A DNA stretch of 64,000 nt, from NCBI GenBank assembly GCA_964456445.1, contig CAYWBI010000002.1:29305-93304 (forward strand), in the 5' to 3' direction. This DNA is from an uncultured Calditrichaceae bacterium (GTDB taxonomy: Bacteria > Calditrichota > Calditrichia > Calditrichales > J004). Shown piece after piece: positions 19,987 to 31,015 of this stretch. Both the position numbers and the translations under genes were made by a program. The first letter of the stretch is position 1, and every line of letters begins with the position of its first letter. Under the pieces are notes generated by a model, which was not told the DNA's origin, did no database searches, and was given only the letters and a program-made list of their open reading frames with translations.

Positions 19987-20988
19987 TCATTTTTTTTGGT
20001 GACTTGAATGGTTTAAAGCATCCCTGACGATGTAGTCAATCAAGGTCTCAAAATCCATTCCATGTGCGTGGGCCGCCTTGGGGAACAAGCTTGTTGCCGT
20101 CATACCAGGCAACGTATTTGCTTCCAATATGTAAGGATCCCCCTTAGAGGTTACCAGAAAATCTATCCGCGCGTAACTTTTACAGTTTAACAAATTGTAG
20201 GTTTCCCGCGCCATTTGTTGTATCAATTCGGTTATCGATGTGGAGATATCCGCGGGGACAATGTAATTGGACATGCCGCTTGTGTACTTGCACTCATAAT
20301 CATAGATATTATGCTTTGGTACGATATGAACCAATGGCAGGGCTTTGCCCGCAAGGACCCCAGCGGCGATTTCCTTACCACGAATGTATTCTTCTACAAT
20401 AACCTTTGCACCATACTCAAACGCCCGGGAAACGGCCTTGGGTAGTTCTGATTCGGAATCAACAAGACTCAGCCCAATAGTTGAACCGCCATCCGCCGGT
20501 TTTACTATCAATGGAAAATCCAAACCTGAAATACTAAGTGGATCATCGATAGAGCGTAAGCGGATAAATTTTGGTGTCGGCAGCTTCTCGCGCATCAGCA
20601 ACAATTTGCTTACATCCTTATCCATAGCAAGGAGACAAGATTCAAAACCGGAACCGGTATAAACCATACCCAATGTATCCAATAGGGCCTGAACAACTCC
20701 GTTCTCCCCTTTTCCCCCATGCAAGCCATTAAAAACAACATCAGGCCGAAGAAGTTTCAAAAGCTGAATATTTTGATAATAACCGTTAAAAACTGAGCTT
20801 TGCAAAAGGGTTTTTTTCTTCTGAGCGCTCAGGGGCAATTTCCGTACAAGCCGCTCCGTGTCCATTGCCGGATCGAAGGCATAAACATCGTGTCCCTTTG
20901 ATTGTAAAGCCTTTATGATATTCTCGCCGGAATGAAGGGAAACCTCGCGTTCGGGCGAATCTCCACCAAGCAGGACAGCAATTTTCAT
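19987..20988 (-). CDS. ddl: D-alanine--D-alanine ligase
   Basis: 333 aa. [22 protein letters not shown]-terminus and an ATP-grasp C-terminal half (EANTLPGMT). Confidence 0.95.
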   Translation of the reverse strand: MKIAVLLGGDSPEREVSLHSGENIIKALQSKGHDVYAFDPAMDTERLVRKLPLSAQKKKTLLQSSVFNGYYQNIQLLKLLRPDVVFNGLHGGKGENGVVQALLDTLGMVYTGSGFESCLLAMDKDVSKLLLMREKLPTPKFIRLRSIDDPLSISGLDFPLIVKPADGGSTIGLSLVDSESELPKAVSRAFEYGAKVIVEEYIRGKEIAAGVLAGKALPLVHIVPKHNIYDYECKYTSGMSNYIVPADISTSITELIQQMARETYNLLNCKSYARIDFLVTSKGDPYILEANTLPGMTATSLFPKAAHAHGMDFETLIDYIVRDALNHSSHQKK

Positions 20989-22670
20989 TTTTGTTTACTT
21001 TCAATTTTTGCCCAGGAATCACGCAAAGCGACCGTACGGTTAAATACAAGTTTATCCGTGGATGAATCAACCGAATCCAGACAATAGTATCCCTGGCGGA
21101 GAAATTGAAAATGATCCTCTGTCCCGGCGTCTTTTAGACTTTCTTCGAGTTTACAATGCTTCAAAACAATCAGTGATTCGGGGTTCAGATTTTGTTCCAG
21201 CTCTCCCCTGTCCGGGATTGGGACCTTAAACAGATGATCGTATAAACGCACTTCCCCTTCGATAGCATGTGCCGCGGACACCCAATGCAGGGTACCTTTC
21301 ACTTTTCGGCCATCATCGGACCATCCTCCGTGGGTTTTGGGATCATAGGTGCAATGAATTTCTGTTATTTTGCCCTGATCATCTTTTTTAAATCCGGTAC
21401 AGAAAACATAGTAGGCATGTTTTAATCGGACTTCATGCCCCGGCTTCATGCGAAAATATTTCCGTGATGCTTCCTCCTTAAAGTCTGCGCGTTCGATATA
21501 GATTTCCCGCGAAAATTTTATTTTTCTCTTACCTGCGGATGGGTCCTCCGGGTTATTCTCTGCATCTAATTCTTCTACCTGTCCCTGCGGGTAATTATCT
21601 ATGATCACCTTAACCGGGTCCAAAACGACCATAACCCGTGTGGCTTTTTTGTTTAAATCTTCACGGATACTATGAGTCAATTGGGCAAAATCGACCAGGC
21701 TGTTGCTTTTTGCAACGCCAACGCTTTCACTAAAATTACGGATCGATTCCGCTGTATAGCCACGACGGCGCAGACCGGCAATAGTTGGCATACGTGGGTC
21801 GTCCCAGCCGCTTACATGGCCGTCGTTAACAAGTTGCAGCAACTTACGTTTGCTCATCATCATATAAGATAAGTTCAAACGGGCAAATTCAATTTGCTGT
21901 GGATGATGTATATCAAGCTGATCAATAAACCAATCATACAGAGGGCGATGATCTTCAAATTCGAGGGTGCAAATGGAATAGGTAATGCCTTCAATGGAAT
22001 CAGACTGGCCATGGGCCCAATCATACATGGGATATATGCACCATTTGTCCCCCGTGCGGTGGTGATGGGCGCGCATGATGCGATACATTATGGGGTCACG
22101 CAGATTTATGTTTGGCGCCGCCATATCAATTTTAGCGCGGAGCACTTTGCTGCCATCTTCAAATTCACCGGCGCGCATTCGGGTGAACAGGTCTAGGTTT
22201 TCTTCAACAGAACGGTCCCGAAATGGGCTGTTGACGCCCGGCTTGGTCAGTGTTCCACGGTATTTACGGATATCATCGGGAGATAGATCATCTACATAGG
22301 CCTTACCAAGTCGAATAAGTTTGAGCGCATAGTCATAGAGTTGGTCAAAATAATTTGATGCGTAATATTCCCGGTCTTCCCAATCGAAGCCCAGCCAGCG
22401 GATATCTTTTTTTATCGATTCGACATAGGCATTTTCTTCTTTGATTGGATTGGTGTCATCAAATCTCAAATTGCATTTTCCATTATAACTTTCCGCCAGG
22501 CCAAAATTCAGACAAATGGATTTGGCATGTCCGATATGCAGAAAGCCATTGGGTTCCGGTGGAAAACGGACGTGTACCTTTCGATCAAATTTCCCTGATT
22601 GCAAATCGGCATCGATAATCGTACGGATAAAATTGGACGGTTGCCCCACTCTGGATTCTTCATTTGTCAT
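20985..22670 (-). CDS. glnS: Glutamine--tRNA ligase
   Basis: 561 aa. [16 protein letters not shown] and MSKR (KMSKS-type), with a GlnRS-length C-terminal anticodon-binding beta-barrel region. Its stop overlaps the ddl start by 4 nt. Confidence 0.95.
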   Translation of the reverse strand: MTNEESRVGQPSNFIRTIIDADLQSGKFDRKVHVRFPPEPNGFLHIGHAKSICLNFGLAESYNGKCNLRFDDTNPIKEENAYVESIKKDIRWLGFDWEDREYYASNYFDQLYDYALKLIRLGKAYVDDLSPDDIRKYRGTLTKPGVNSPFRDRSVEENLDLFTRMRAGEFEDGSKVLRAKIDMAAPNINLRDPIMYRIMRAHHHRTGDKWCIYPMYDWAHGQSDSIEGITYSICTLEFEDHRPLYDWFIDQLDIHHPQQIEFARLNLSYMMMSKRKLLQLVNDGHVSGWDDPRMPTIAGLRRRGYTAESIRNFSESVGVAKSNSLVDFAQLTHSIREDLNKKATRVMVVLDPVKVIIDNYPQGQVEELDAENNPEDPSAGKRKIKFSREIYIERADFKEEASRKYFRMKPGHEVRLKHAYYVFCTGFKKDDQGKITEIHCTYDPKTHGGWSDDGRKVKGTLHWVSAAHAIEGEVRLYDHLFKVPIPDRGELEQNLNPESLIVLKHCKLEESLKDAGTEDHFQFLRQGYYCLDSVDSSTDKLVFNRTVALRDSWAKIESKQK

Positions 22671-22783
22671 AATTCACCAAATCAGTTGTAATTTTTTAAA
22701 AGTTGTTTGCCATCTGAATAATTTTACTGCAAGTCACCTGATTTCCATGGTAAACTACAAGTATAATTCCAGCATCAGAATGA

Positions 22784-24238
22784 CTAATTTTTAATTGTTA
22801 AATGCTTTTCCAGGGCCTGTTTTACAAAATCCAGAACCTTTTCCCTGCCAATTATATCGATAACCAGCGGCAACTCCGGCCCGGATATCGATCCTGTAAG
22901 TGCTACACGCACGGGTTTCCATAACGCCGGCCCCTTTATACCTTGTTCTTTTTGTATTTCTTTCATTATTGACTTAAAATGTGATGAATCAAATATCTCT
23001 TGTTTCATCACCTTCTTCCTGAACTCCGACAAAACGGTTACGGCGGTTGGTACACGTAAAACTTCCAAAGCCTCGGGTTCATCGATGGTCAATGTATCAT
23101 GTATAAAAATTGCCGCAGTTGAAGGGATTTCGGCGGCATTGGATATTCGCGGATAAATGGCATCAATCATATTATGCAGCCTGTCGGGACCGGAAACATC
23201 GAGACCCTGTTCTTTAAGAAAGGGGGTTAAAAATTCGATACGTTTTCCGGGCTCCATGTCACGCAGATAATGCCCGTTAAGCCAATCCAACTTTGCAACA
23301 TCAAAAACAGCACCGGATTTATTGACATGATCAAGAGAGAATTGATTTATCAGATCGGTCATGGAAAAAATCTCCTGATTGTCGCCGGCGCTCCAGCCCA
23401 ACAGGGCAACAAAATTGACCAGGGCTTCCGGCAGATAGCCCTTTTTACGAAAATCTTCCACGGCAACATCGCCCTGACGTTTGCTAAGCTTGGAACGATC
23501 ATGGTTTAAGAGCAATGGCAAATGGGCAAATTGCGGAATATCCCACTCAAAAAAACGATATAAAAGCACATGCTTCGGGGTGCTGGGAAGCCATTCTTCA
23601 CCGCGTATAACATGGCTAATTTGCATCAGGTGGTCATCGACAACATTTGCAAAATGATAGGTGGGGAAGCCGTCGCTTTTCATAAGTACCTGATCATCGA
23701 TCAATGTATTATCGAATGAAACAGTACCCCGTATCATATCATCCACAATCGTTTCGCCAGTCTTTGGTACGCGCATCCGCACCACATAGGGTTCGCCGGC
23801 GGCAATGCGTTTATCCGCTTCGTCTTTCGGGAAATCCCTAAACCGGCCATCATATATTGGCGCCTCGCCCCTGGCAATTTGCCTTTCGCGCATCTCGGTC
23901 AAATCCTGGGTTGTAGCAAAACAGGGATAGGCCAATTTTTTATTCAATAAAACATCGATGTGCTTTTTATAGATATCAAGACGCTCGGATTGTTTGTAGG
24001 GGCCATACTCTCCACCCGATATCAAACTTTCATCAAAATCGATACCGACCCATTTCATGGCTTCCAGCAAATTTTCAAGAGCGCCTTCCACATAGCGTTC
24101 ACGGTCGGTATCTTCGATACGGAGTACACAGACACCATTGTTTTTTCGGGCAAATAAATAGTTATAAAGCGCCGTACGCAAACTGCCAATATGAACAAAG
24201 CCTGTAGGACTTGGTGCAAAACGGACCCGGACTGCCAT
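22784..24238 (-). CDS. gltX: Glutamate--tRNA ligase
   Basis: 484 aa. RFAPSPTGFVHIGSLRTAL and KLSKR motifs. Confidence 0.96.
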   Translation of the reverse strand: MAVRVRFAPSPTGFVHIGSLRTALYNYLFARKNNGVCVLRIEDTDRERYVEGALENLLEAMKWVGIDFDESLISGGEYGPYKQSERLDIYKKHIDVLLNKKLAYPCFATTQDLTEMRERQIARGEAPIYDGRFRDFPKDEADKRIAAGEPYVVRMRVPKTGETIVDDMIRGTVSFDNTLIDDQVLMKSDGFPTYHFANVVDDHLMQISHVIRGEEWLPSTPKHVLLYRFFEWDIPQFAHLPLLLNHDRSKLSKRQGDVAVEDFRKKGYLPEALVNFVALLGWSAGDNQEIFSMTDLINQFSLDHVNKSGAVFDVAKLDWLNGHYLRDMEPGKRIEFLTPFLKEQGLDVSGPDRLHNMIDAIYPRISNAAEIPSTAAIFIHDTLTIDEPEALEVLRVPTAVTVLSEFRKKVMKQEIFDSSHFKSIMKEIQKEQGIKGPALWKPVRVALTGSISGPELPLVIDIIGREKVLDFVKQALEKHLTIKN

Positions 24239-24252
24239 ACCTTTTATCCTTT

Positions 24253-24864
24253 TTACTTTTTTTTATTTTTTTTTCTGTAATAAATCAGAACAGAACCGGC
24301 GATTACCATCAGTGTAATAATAAGCATGATTTTATTATATCCACCGATAAGATCGATGATATGCCGCCAGTTATTGCCCAGCAAATAACCGCCCCACATC
24401 AACAATCCATTCCAGACAAAAGCGCTGATTGTAGCTAATAACAAAACGGGAACCCATTTTAAATTAAAGATTCCCGCAAAAAGTGATATAACACTACGTG
24501 TACCACTTAAAAAACGATTCGCCAAAATGACCCACAACCCATATTTGTCAAACCACACTTCAACCTTTATGATTTGACCTGCCGGGAATATTTTAGCCCG
24601 CGATTCCTTCTTCAGAAAACCAATCCCCAAGCGTACACCAATCAAATACATGGTAAAAAAACCAAGGACACTGCCCAGGGTGGTTGACATCCACACACCT
24701 AAAAAGCTGAGCTGACCGGTTGTGATCAAATAAGCCCCGATCACCGTGACCGTGTCACCGGGAATCGGGGGAAATGTATTTTCAATAAAGGCACTTACAA
24801 AAAGAACAAGATACGCTACCAACGGATCGACTTGTGTTATAAAATGTTCAATAAACTCCAGCAT
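24253..24864 (-). CDS. dedA: DedA/SNARE-associated family membrane protein
   Basis: 203 aa. FIENTFPPIPGD and the FLSGTR pattern typical of DedA proteins, plus multiple TM segments. Confidence 0.85.
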   Translation of the reverse strand: MLEFIEHFITQVDPLVAYLVLFVSAFIENTFPPIPGDTVTVIGAYLITTGQLSFLGVWMSTTLGSVLGFFTMYLIGVRLGIGFLKKESRAKIFPAGQIIKVEVWFDKYGLWVILANRFLSGTRSVISLFAGIFNLKWVPVLLLATISAFVWNGLLMWGGYLLGNNWRHIIDLIGGYNKIMLIITLMVIAGSVLIYYRKKNKKK

Positions 24865-24880
24865 GCACGTTTATTCTATT

Positions 24881-25912
24881 TTAGTAAATGAGCATAGCGT
24901 CGCCATAGCTATGAAAGCGATATTTTTTCTTAACGGCTTCTTTATATGCCTTCAACATGGTATCTGTACCAGCTACAGCACAAGTAAGGGAAAAAAGCGT
25001 ACTGCCGGATACATGAAAATTGGTAATCAGCGCATCGACAACTTTAAAGCGGTAGGGAGGATAAATAAATTTATCTGTCCAGCCCGAATTTGCCTTTACC
25101 GCTTTATCCACAGTTGCAACCGTCTCCAGAGCTCGGACGGACGTCGTCCCGACTGCTACAATGCGCTTTCCATTTTGTTTAACCAAATTGATTGCCTCGG
25201 CTGCATCCTCGCCAACTTTGTAATATTCACTATGCATCTGGTGACGGGAAAGGTCTTCCACCTGGATGGGTTGAAAGGTTCCCAGCCCCACGTGTAAGGT
25301 TATCGGTATGATGATCACGCCCTTTGCCCTGAGTTTGTCAAGCAGTTCGGGTGTAAAATGCAATCCTGCGGTGGGGGCCGCAACCGCACCAATATTGTGC
25401 GCATACACTGTTTGATACTGTTCTTTATCACTTTCTTCAGCTTCGCGTTTGATATAGGGTGGTAACGGGGATTTCCCGACTTTGTTGATCAGGTTAAAAA
25501 AATCTTCGCCATTATAATCAAATTTAACAACCCGGCCGCCGGATGTTGTGTTATCAATAACGTCACAGCCTAAATCATCCGTAATTTGAATTCGGTTCCC
25601 CACTCTTACCTTGCGTGCGGGTTTTACAAGAACTTCCCACATTGTTTTTTCCAACTGACGCAATAACAACAATTCAACTTTGGCGTCGGTTTTTTCTTTT
25701 ACCCCAAAAACCCGCGCTGGAAAAACTTTTGTTTCGTTTATTACCAGCCCGTCGCCTTCATTAAAATACTCGACAATATCTTTAAAAATTTTGTCTTCAA
25801 ATGTTAACGTCTTTTTATTTACAACCATCAAACGAGACTCATCCCTGACTTTTACAGGGTATTGGGCCACGAGTTTAGCCGGCACATTAAATTGAATTTC
25901 GGAAAGTTTCAT
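24881..25912 (-). CDS. queA: S-adenosylmethionine:tRNA ribosyltransferase-isomerase
   Basis: 343 aa. QYP..RDESRLMVV, VAAPTAGLHFT and the YRFHSYGDAMLI C-terminus. Confidence 0.96.
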   Translation of the reverse strand: MKLSEIQFNVPAKLVAQYPVKVRDESRLMVVNKKTLTFEDKIFKDIVEYFNEGDGLVINETKVFPARVFGVKEKTDAKVELLLLRQLEKTMWEVLVKPARKVRVGNRIQITDDLGCDVIDNTTSGGRVVKFDYNGEDFFNLINKVGKSPLPPYIKREAEESDKEQYQTVYAHNIGAVAAPTAGLHFTPELLDKLRAKGVIIIPITLHVGLGTFQPIQVEDLSRHQMHSEYYKVGEDAAEAINLVKQNGKRIVAVGTTSVRALETVATVDKAVKANSGWTDKFIYPPYRFKVVDALITNFHVSGSTLFSLTCAVAGTDTMLKAYKEAVKKKYRFHSYGDAMLIY

Positions 25913-25934
25913 AATTACTACTCCTTCTTGATTT

Positions 25935-26963
25935 TTAAAACAAGGACGTTTGGTCTGTCCCCGGTCTGTTACTATTTAGCCGCCCGAGATGCTCATACGC
26001 ATGAAGCGTAACCATACGCCCCCGGGAGGTTCTTTTTATAAATCCTTGTTGGATAAGAAAAGGTTCATATACTTCTTCAATAGTGTCGCTTTCCTCACCT
26101 ACGGCAACGGCAATTGTATTCAATCCTACCGGGCCACCATCATACTTATCAATGATTGTCAGCAGAATGCGCTTATCCATATCATCCAGGCCTTTACTGT
26201 CCACATCCAATCGTTTTAAGGCGTCGCTTGCAATATCATTGGTAATTTTATTATCGCCCAGCACCTGTGCAAAATCCCGGATACGTCGCAGCAAACGATT
26301 GGCAACCCTGGGTGTGCCGCGCGAACGCATGGCAATTTCCGTGGCACCGGCACGGTCAATTTCTATATTTAGTATGCTGGCAGAGCGTACTATGATCTCT
26401 GTCAGTTCATGCGGCAGATAATAATCCATACGCAGTACCACGCCAAAACGTGACCGCATTGGCGCTGTCAACAAACCGGCCCGTGTAGTGGCGCCAACCA
26501 ATGTAAAGGGTTCCAGACTTAGTTGTACGGAACGGGCGCTCGGCCCCTTATCGATGATGATATCTATCTGAAAATCTTCCATTGCCGAATACAGGTACTC
26601 TTCCACCACACTGTTCACCCGATGGATTTCATCGATGAACAATACATCGTGGCGTGATAAATTTGTCAACAGCCCGGCCAGGTCTCCGGCACGTTCGATA
26701 ACAGGACCACTTGTGGACTTTATATCAACATTGAGTTCGCGGCTTAAAATCATTGCCAGTGTAGTTTTGCCAAGACCCGGAGGCCCATACAAAAGTACGT
26801 GATCCAACGCCTCCCCACGCTGGAGCGCTGCTTTTATATATATGGCCAGGTTTTCCTTTACTTTTTCCTGGCCAATAAACTCAGCTAATTTCTGCGGCCG
26901 AAGGCTATATTCGATTTCATCATCATCATCATTCAGCCTGTCCGGTCGTATTAATTCATTCAT
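25935..26963 (-). CDS. ruvB: Holliday junction branch migration helicase RuvB
   Basis: 342 aa. [12 protein letters not shown], Walker [10 protein letters not shown] and Walker B DEIHR. Confidence 0.97.
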   Translation of the reverse strand: MNELIRPDRLNDDDDEIEYSLRPQKLAEFIGQEKVKENLAIYIKAALQRGEALDHVLLYGPPGLGKTTLAMILSRELNVDIKSTSGPVIERAGDLAGLLTNLSRHDVLFIDEIHRVNSVVEEYLYSAMEDFQIDIIIDKGPSARSVQLSLEPFTLVGATTRAGLLTAPMRSRFGVVLRMDYYLPHELTEIIVRSASILNIEIDRAGATEIAMRSRGTPRVANRLLRRIRDFAQVLGDNKITNDIASDALKRLDVDSKGLDDMDKRILLTIIDKYDGGPVGLNTIAVAVGEESDTIEEVYEPFLIQQGFIKRTSRGRMVTLHAYEHLGRLNSNRPGTDQTSLF

Positions 26964-26994
26964 TAACTATTTTATTCCCTGAAAAACCATTTAC

Positions 26995-27597
26995 CTATAC
27001 AGCTTGTAGTGCATCTTTAATAAGGTCTTCTACAACCTTGTGCTGTTTGGATTTTTGTACTTTTTGCAGGGCCCTTTCGGCAATTGGCTTTTTATACCCC
27101 AGGGAAACCAATGCCATCAACGCTTCCCTTTCAACTGAATTAAATATGCTGTCCGTCGGTATTCGTGGCTGTTCACCAACTAAATTTTCACCCCATTTTT
27201 CAAATTTTGATTGTAACTCTACAACCAAACGCTGTGCTGTTTTTTTACCCACTCCACTGATACTGTTTAAGGTTGGCTCATCGCTCAGACGGATTGCACG
27301 GATCAATTCGGCCGGTGTAAGCCCGGACAATATCGTTTGGGCCAGCTTAGGGCCAATCCCGGAAATTGTTATTAGGTTCAAAAAGACTTCCCGTTCCGTT
27401 TCATCTGCAAACCCATATAAATCAAGGATATCCTCACGCACATGAAGATAAGTTCGTATCCGGTATTTTTCGCCCACTTCCGGTAATGCGCGAAAGGTGG
27501 AAAGACTTATTTTAATGGCATAACCCACACCGCCAACAAACAAGATTACTTTTGTCGGTTGTTTGTTTTCGACAATGCCGTCCAAAAACTCGTACAT
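26995..27597 (-). CDS. ruvA: Holliday junction DNA-binding protein RuvA
   Basis: 200 aa. MYEFLDG...VGGVGY, with helix-hairpin-helix segments ISGIGPKLA and GVGKKTAQR. Confidence 0.93.
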   Translation of the reverse strand: MYEFLDGIVENKQPTKVILFVGGVGYAIKISLSTFRALPEVGEKYRIRTYLHVREDILDLYGFADETEREVFLNLITISGIGPKLAQTILSGLTPAELIRAIRLSDEPTLNSISGVGKKTAQRLVVELQSKFEKWGENLVGEQPRIPTDSIFNSVEREALMALVSLGYKKPIAERALQKVQKSKQHKVVEDLIKDALQAV

Positions 27598-28089
27598 TTA
27601 TTTTAAACCCTGCTTTTCCAGCGTCATCCGGTTCCAGGCGCAAATGGCCACCGCCAGAGCATCCGAAGCGTCATCGGGCGATATATTTTCTTTTATTTGC
27701 AAAAAACGTGCAACCATAAATTTTACCTGAGCTTTTGTCGCGGCGCCATTGCCCACTACAGACTTCTTTACTTCGCGGGGCGCGTATGCTTTAACCGTGG
27801 CACCGTTTTCCATGGCGGCGATAATGGCCGCGCCCCGGGCATGTCCCATTACAATGGCTGTTTTAACATTATCCGCATAAAAGATATCTTCAATAGCCAC
27901 CCGGTCGGGTTTATATTCTTTTAAAAACCCGTCGAGCGCCCGGTTTATCTTGTAGAGACGTTCATGGAGCTGAAGCCGGGCCGATGTTTTTATATGGTCA
28001 AAGTGAACTAACTTCGGTTTTTTATTGATTATATCTATAATTCCGATGCCCGTAATGTTCAGTCCGGGATCAATTCCCAGAATACGCAC
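27598..28089 (-). CDS. ruvC: Crossover junction endodeoxyribonuclease RuvC
   Basis: RILGIDPGLNITGIGI is the canonical RuvC N-terminus. The track start at 28176 would overlap yebC by 83 nt. In frame, GTG at 28089 gives (M)RILGIDPG, 4 nt after the yebC stop, with GGAG upstream. TTG at 28107 is an alternative. Confidence 0.9.
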   Translation of the reverse strand: MRILGIDPGLNITGIGIIDIINKKPKLVHFDHIKTSARLQLHERLYKINRALDGFLKEYKPDRVAIEDIFYADNVKTAIVMGHARGAAIIAAMENGATVKAYAPREVKKSVVGNGAATKAQVKFMVARFLQIKENISPDDASDALAVAICAWNRMTLEKQGLK

Positions 28090-28093
28090 ATCA

Positions 28094-28849
28094 TTATTCT
28101 TCTCCAAGGATCCGTTCCATTTCCTCATCGGAAATATCGAAACTGGCAAACACGTTTTGAACGTCATCATGATCATCTAAAACATTCATGATTTTCATCA
28201 TTTGTTCGGCTTCCTTGCCAGAGATGGAAACGGAATTTTGAGGAATGCGGGCCAATTCCGCAGTTGCAATTTCAATACCCTTTTCTTCCAACGCCGCCCT
28301 TACGGTATTAAAATCTTCAAATGCCGTATAAATTTCATATCCACTATCTTCGGTCACGATATCCTCGGCGCCACATTCAATGGCCGCTTCGAATAGTTCT
28401 TCCTCGTTGTAATTTTCTTTTTTAATGGTTATCAGACCTTTACGGTCAAACATCCAGGCAACAGTGCCGTTTTCTCCCATATTACCTCCATGCTTGCTAA
28501 GCAAATGGCGTACCTCTGCAACGGTCCGATTTTTATTGTCCGTAACAGCTTCTATAAACAACGCAACCCCGGCGGGGCCATATCCTTCATAGGTTACATC
28601 TTCATATACGACGCCCGGCAAGTCACCGGTCCCCTTTTTTATAGCATTTTCAATATTTTTTGATGGCATATTGGCCTGCCTGGCAGCGCTTACAGCTACA
28701 CGTAAACGTGGGTTGGCCTCCGGGTCGCCACCTCCCATACGCGCGGCAACGGTAAGCTCCTTTATCAGTTTTGTAAAGACTTTACCTCTTTGTGCATCGA
28801 CTTTTGCTTTTTTATGTTTTATAGAAGACCATTTTGAATGCCCGGACAT
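28094..28849 (-). CDS. yebC: YebC/PmpR family DNA-binding transcriptional regulator
   Basis: 251 aa. MSGHSKWSSIKHKKAKVDAQRGKVFTKL is the signature N-terminus. The GGAGGTGA RBS and the conserved yebC-ruvC arrangement support the call. Confidence 0.95.
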   Translation of the reverse strand: MSGHSKWSSIKHKKAKVDAQRGKVFTKLIKELTVAARMGGGDPEANPRLRVAVSAARQANMPSKNIENAIKKGTGDLPGVVYEDVTYEGYGPAGVALFIEAVTDNKNRTVAEVRHLLSKHGGNMGENGTVAWMFDRKGLITIKKENYNEEELFEAAIECGAEDIVTEDSGYEIYTAFEDFNTVRAALEEKGIEIATAELARIPQNSVSISGKEAEQMMKIMNVLDDHDDVQNVFASFDISDEEMERILGEE

Positions 28850-29036
28850 ATATTCGTCACCTCCATTATTCAGTTAGGACATTTACGACTTAAATCAGTA
28901 CTGTTCAGTGAGTAGGACAGATTAAATTTTGTCTTTTGAAAAGATAGGAATTTACATAATTTTGGCTGATTTTCCAAAACTATTTGACTATTTGGCAGGC
29001 AAGATGTATAGTGTGTCTTTTTCTCGTACCGAAGCT

Positions 29037-29975
29037 TTACCGGTTGCCGGAAAGCTTTGTTTCAAAATAAGGGATGGTTTTCTTCAAACCTTCTTCCAGC
29101 TCTATATGCGGTGACCAGTCCAGTTCCTTTTGGGCCAGGGAAATATCAGGCTGGCGCTGTGCCGGATCATCGGAGGGAAGTTCTTTGTAAATAATTTTTG
29201 AACGGGACCCGGTGAGGTCAATTACCCGTTCGGCAAGGGCCCTGATCGTGAACTCATTTGGATTACCAATATTTACCGGCCCTATAAAACTGTCCTTTTC
29301 CATCATAAGCATGGCACCGGCAAGAAGATCGTCCACATATTGAAATGAACGGGTTTGCAGTCCATTGCCATAAATGGTGATGTCCTGGTTTTGCAGGGCC
29401 TGAACAATAAAGTTGCTTACTACCCTACCGTCGTTCAGGGCCATGCGCGGTCCATAAGTGTTAAAAATACGGATAATTTTTATATCCACATTGTTTTGCC
29501 TGTTGTAATCCATCATCAGGGTTTCTGCAACCCTTTTGCCTTCATCATAACAACTACGTACACCAATCGGATTTACATGTCCCCAATAGGATTCTTTTTG
29601 GGGGTGTATTTTGGGGTCGCCATAAACTTCCGACGTGCTGGCCAGCAATACACGGGCCCGGACACGCTTGGCCATGCCCAGCATATTGATAGTGCCCATC
29701 ACACTGGTCTTGATTGTTTTTACGGGGTTGTACTGATAATGCACAGGCGAGGCCGGACAGGCAAAGTGATAAATCCGGTCCACTTCCAACATGATTTTCT
29801 CTGTCACATCGTGGCGGATCAATTCAAAATTCCAGTTACCGATCAGGTGGCTTATATTGTCTTTAGAGCCGGTAAAAAAATTGTCAAGACAAATTACATC
29901 ATGTCCGTGTTTTAACAGGGCTTCCGACAAATGTGACCCGATAAACCCGGCACCACCGGTGACTAAAATCCGCAT
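29037..29975 (-). CDS. UDP-glucuronate decarboxylase (UDP-xylose synthase-like SDR)
   Basis: 312 aa. [14 protein letters not shown], catalytic YDEGKR (YxxxK) and overall UXS-like sequence ([18 protein letters not shown]). Confidence 0.85.
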   Translation of the reverse strand: MRILVTGGAGFIGSHLSEALLKHGHDVICLDNFFTGSKDNISHLIGNWNFELIRHDVTEKIMLEVDRIYHFACPASPVHYQYNPVKTIKTSVMGTINMLGMAKRVRARVLLASTSEVYGDPKIHPQKESYWGHVNPIGVRSCYDEGKRVAETLMMDYNRQNNVDIKIIRIFNTYGPRMALNDGRVVSNFIVQALQNQDITIYGNGLQTRSFQYVDDLLAGAMLMMEKDSFIGPVNIGNPNEFTIRALAERVIDLTGSRSKIIYKELPSDDPAQRQPDISLAQKELDWSPHIELEEGLKKTIPYFETKLSGNR

Positions 29976-30000
29976 TGTGTTTTCCTATAAATAAATAGTG

Positions 30001-31005
30001 CTATCTTTCTGAATAGCCATGAAGGATCTGATCAATTTCGCTTAGTTCTTCCGGGCTGAAATTCGGATTTTGCAACCCTTGTACAATTTCTTCTAATTGC
30101 TGCACTTTACTGGCCCCGACTATTGCCGAAGCAACACTGGATTGGCGCAGTGTCCATAATACGGCCATTTGCGCGAGTGTTTGGCCACGTCTTTCCGCAA
30201 GCCCGGCCAACTGTTTTATCACCGTTATGCGGCTTAAAGTGATATCGTCTTTATTTAGATAACCATGAGCTTTGGCCGCACGTGAATCACTTGGGATGCC
30301 TTTAAGATATCTATTGGTCAACAAACCTTGTGCCAGCGGAGAAAAAACAATGGCGCCAAGCCCCTCTTTTACAAGCACATCCGTTAATCCCTGCTCTATC
30401 CAACGTGTAAACATGTTGTACTTGGGTTGGTGGATAATAAACGGGGTACCAAGTTTTTTTAATATTTGCGCCGCCTGGCGGGTCTGTTCGGGATTGTATT
30501 GCGATACGCCCACATAAAGGGCCTTGCCACTTCGAACGATATAATCCAGTGCCTGCATGGTTTCATAAAGCAGCGTCATGGTATCCGGTCTATGATGATA
30601 AAAGATATCCACATATTCAAGCCCCATACGTTTCAGGCTTTGATCCAGGCTGGCGATTAAATGTTTACGGGAACCAAAGTCACCGTATGGGCCAGGCCAC
30701 ATGTCCCAACCGGCTTTTGTGGAAATTATCAGCTCGTCACGATGGGGGCGCAACTCATCCTTCAACAGCCGTCCCATGGTAATTTCGGCTGATCCCGGGG
30801 GCGGCCCGTAATTATTTGCCAGGTCGAAATGGGTGATCCCCAAATCAAAAGCACGCAATATTATCTTCCGGGATACACTAAAGGGGTCAACAAAACCAAA
30901 ATTATGCCATAACCCCAGGGAGATGGCCGGCAGATGTAAACCACTTCGCCCTACCCGGTTGTATGGCATCGATGCATATCGTGTGTTCAGCGGGGCATAA
31001 TTCAT
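30001..31005 (-). CDS. Aldo/keto reductase (YghZ/Kv-beta-like)
   Basis: 334 aa. GLWHNFG, HFDLANNYG and the IISTKAGW pattern of the AKR superfamily. Confidence 0.9.
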   Translation of the reverse strand: MNYAPLNTRYASMPYNRVGRSGLHLPAISLGLWHNFGFVDPFSVSRKIILRAFDLGITHFDLANNYGPPPGSAEITMGRLLKDELRPHRDELIISTKAGWDMWPGPYGDFGSRKHLIASLDQSLKRMGLEYVDIFYHHRPDTMTLLYETMQALDYIVRSGKALYVGVSQYNPEQTRQAAQILKKLGTPFIIHQPKYNMFTRWIEQGLTDVLVKEGLGAIVFSPLAQGLLTNRYLKGIPSDSRAAKAHGYLNKDDITLSRITVIKQLAGLAERRGQTLAQMAVLWTLRQSSVASAIVGASKVQQLEEIVQGLQNPNFSPEELSEIDQILHGYSER

Positions 31006-31015
31006 ATAAAACTTT

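Noticed and set aside
27598-28176. Longest-ORF starts from the track for ruvC (28176), maf (34084), tatA (39352), ccmF (47214), fliA (55391), hemC (10221), pssA (40188) and the DUF5808-like gene (18078).
   Set aside because: Each extension overlaps the upstream gene by 30-100 nt or adds a non-conserved leader. Internal starts reproduce canonical N-termini (RILGIDPG, MFGIGTTELL, ILASGSPRR context) and have SD sequences or stop/start coupling.
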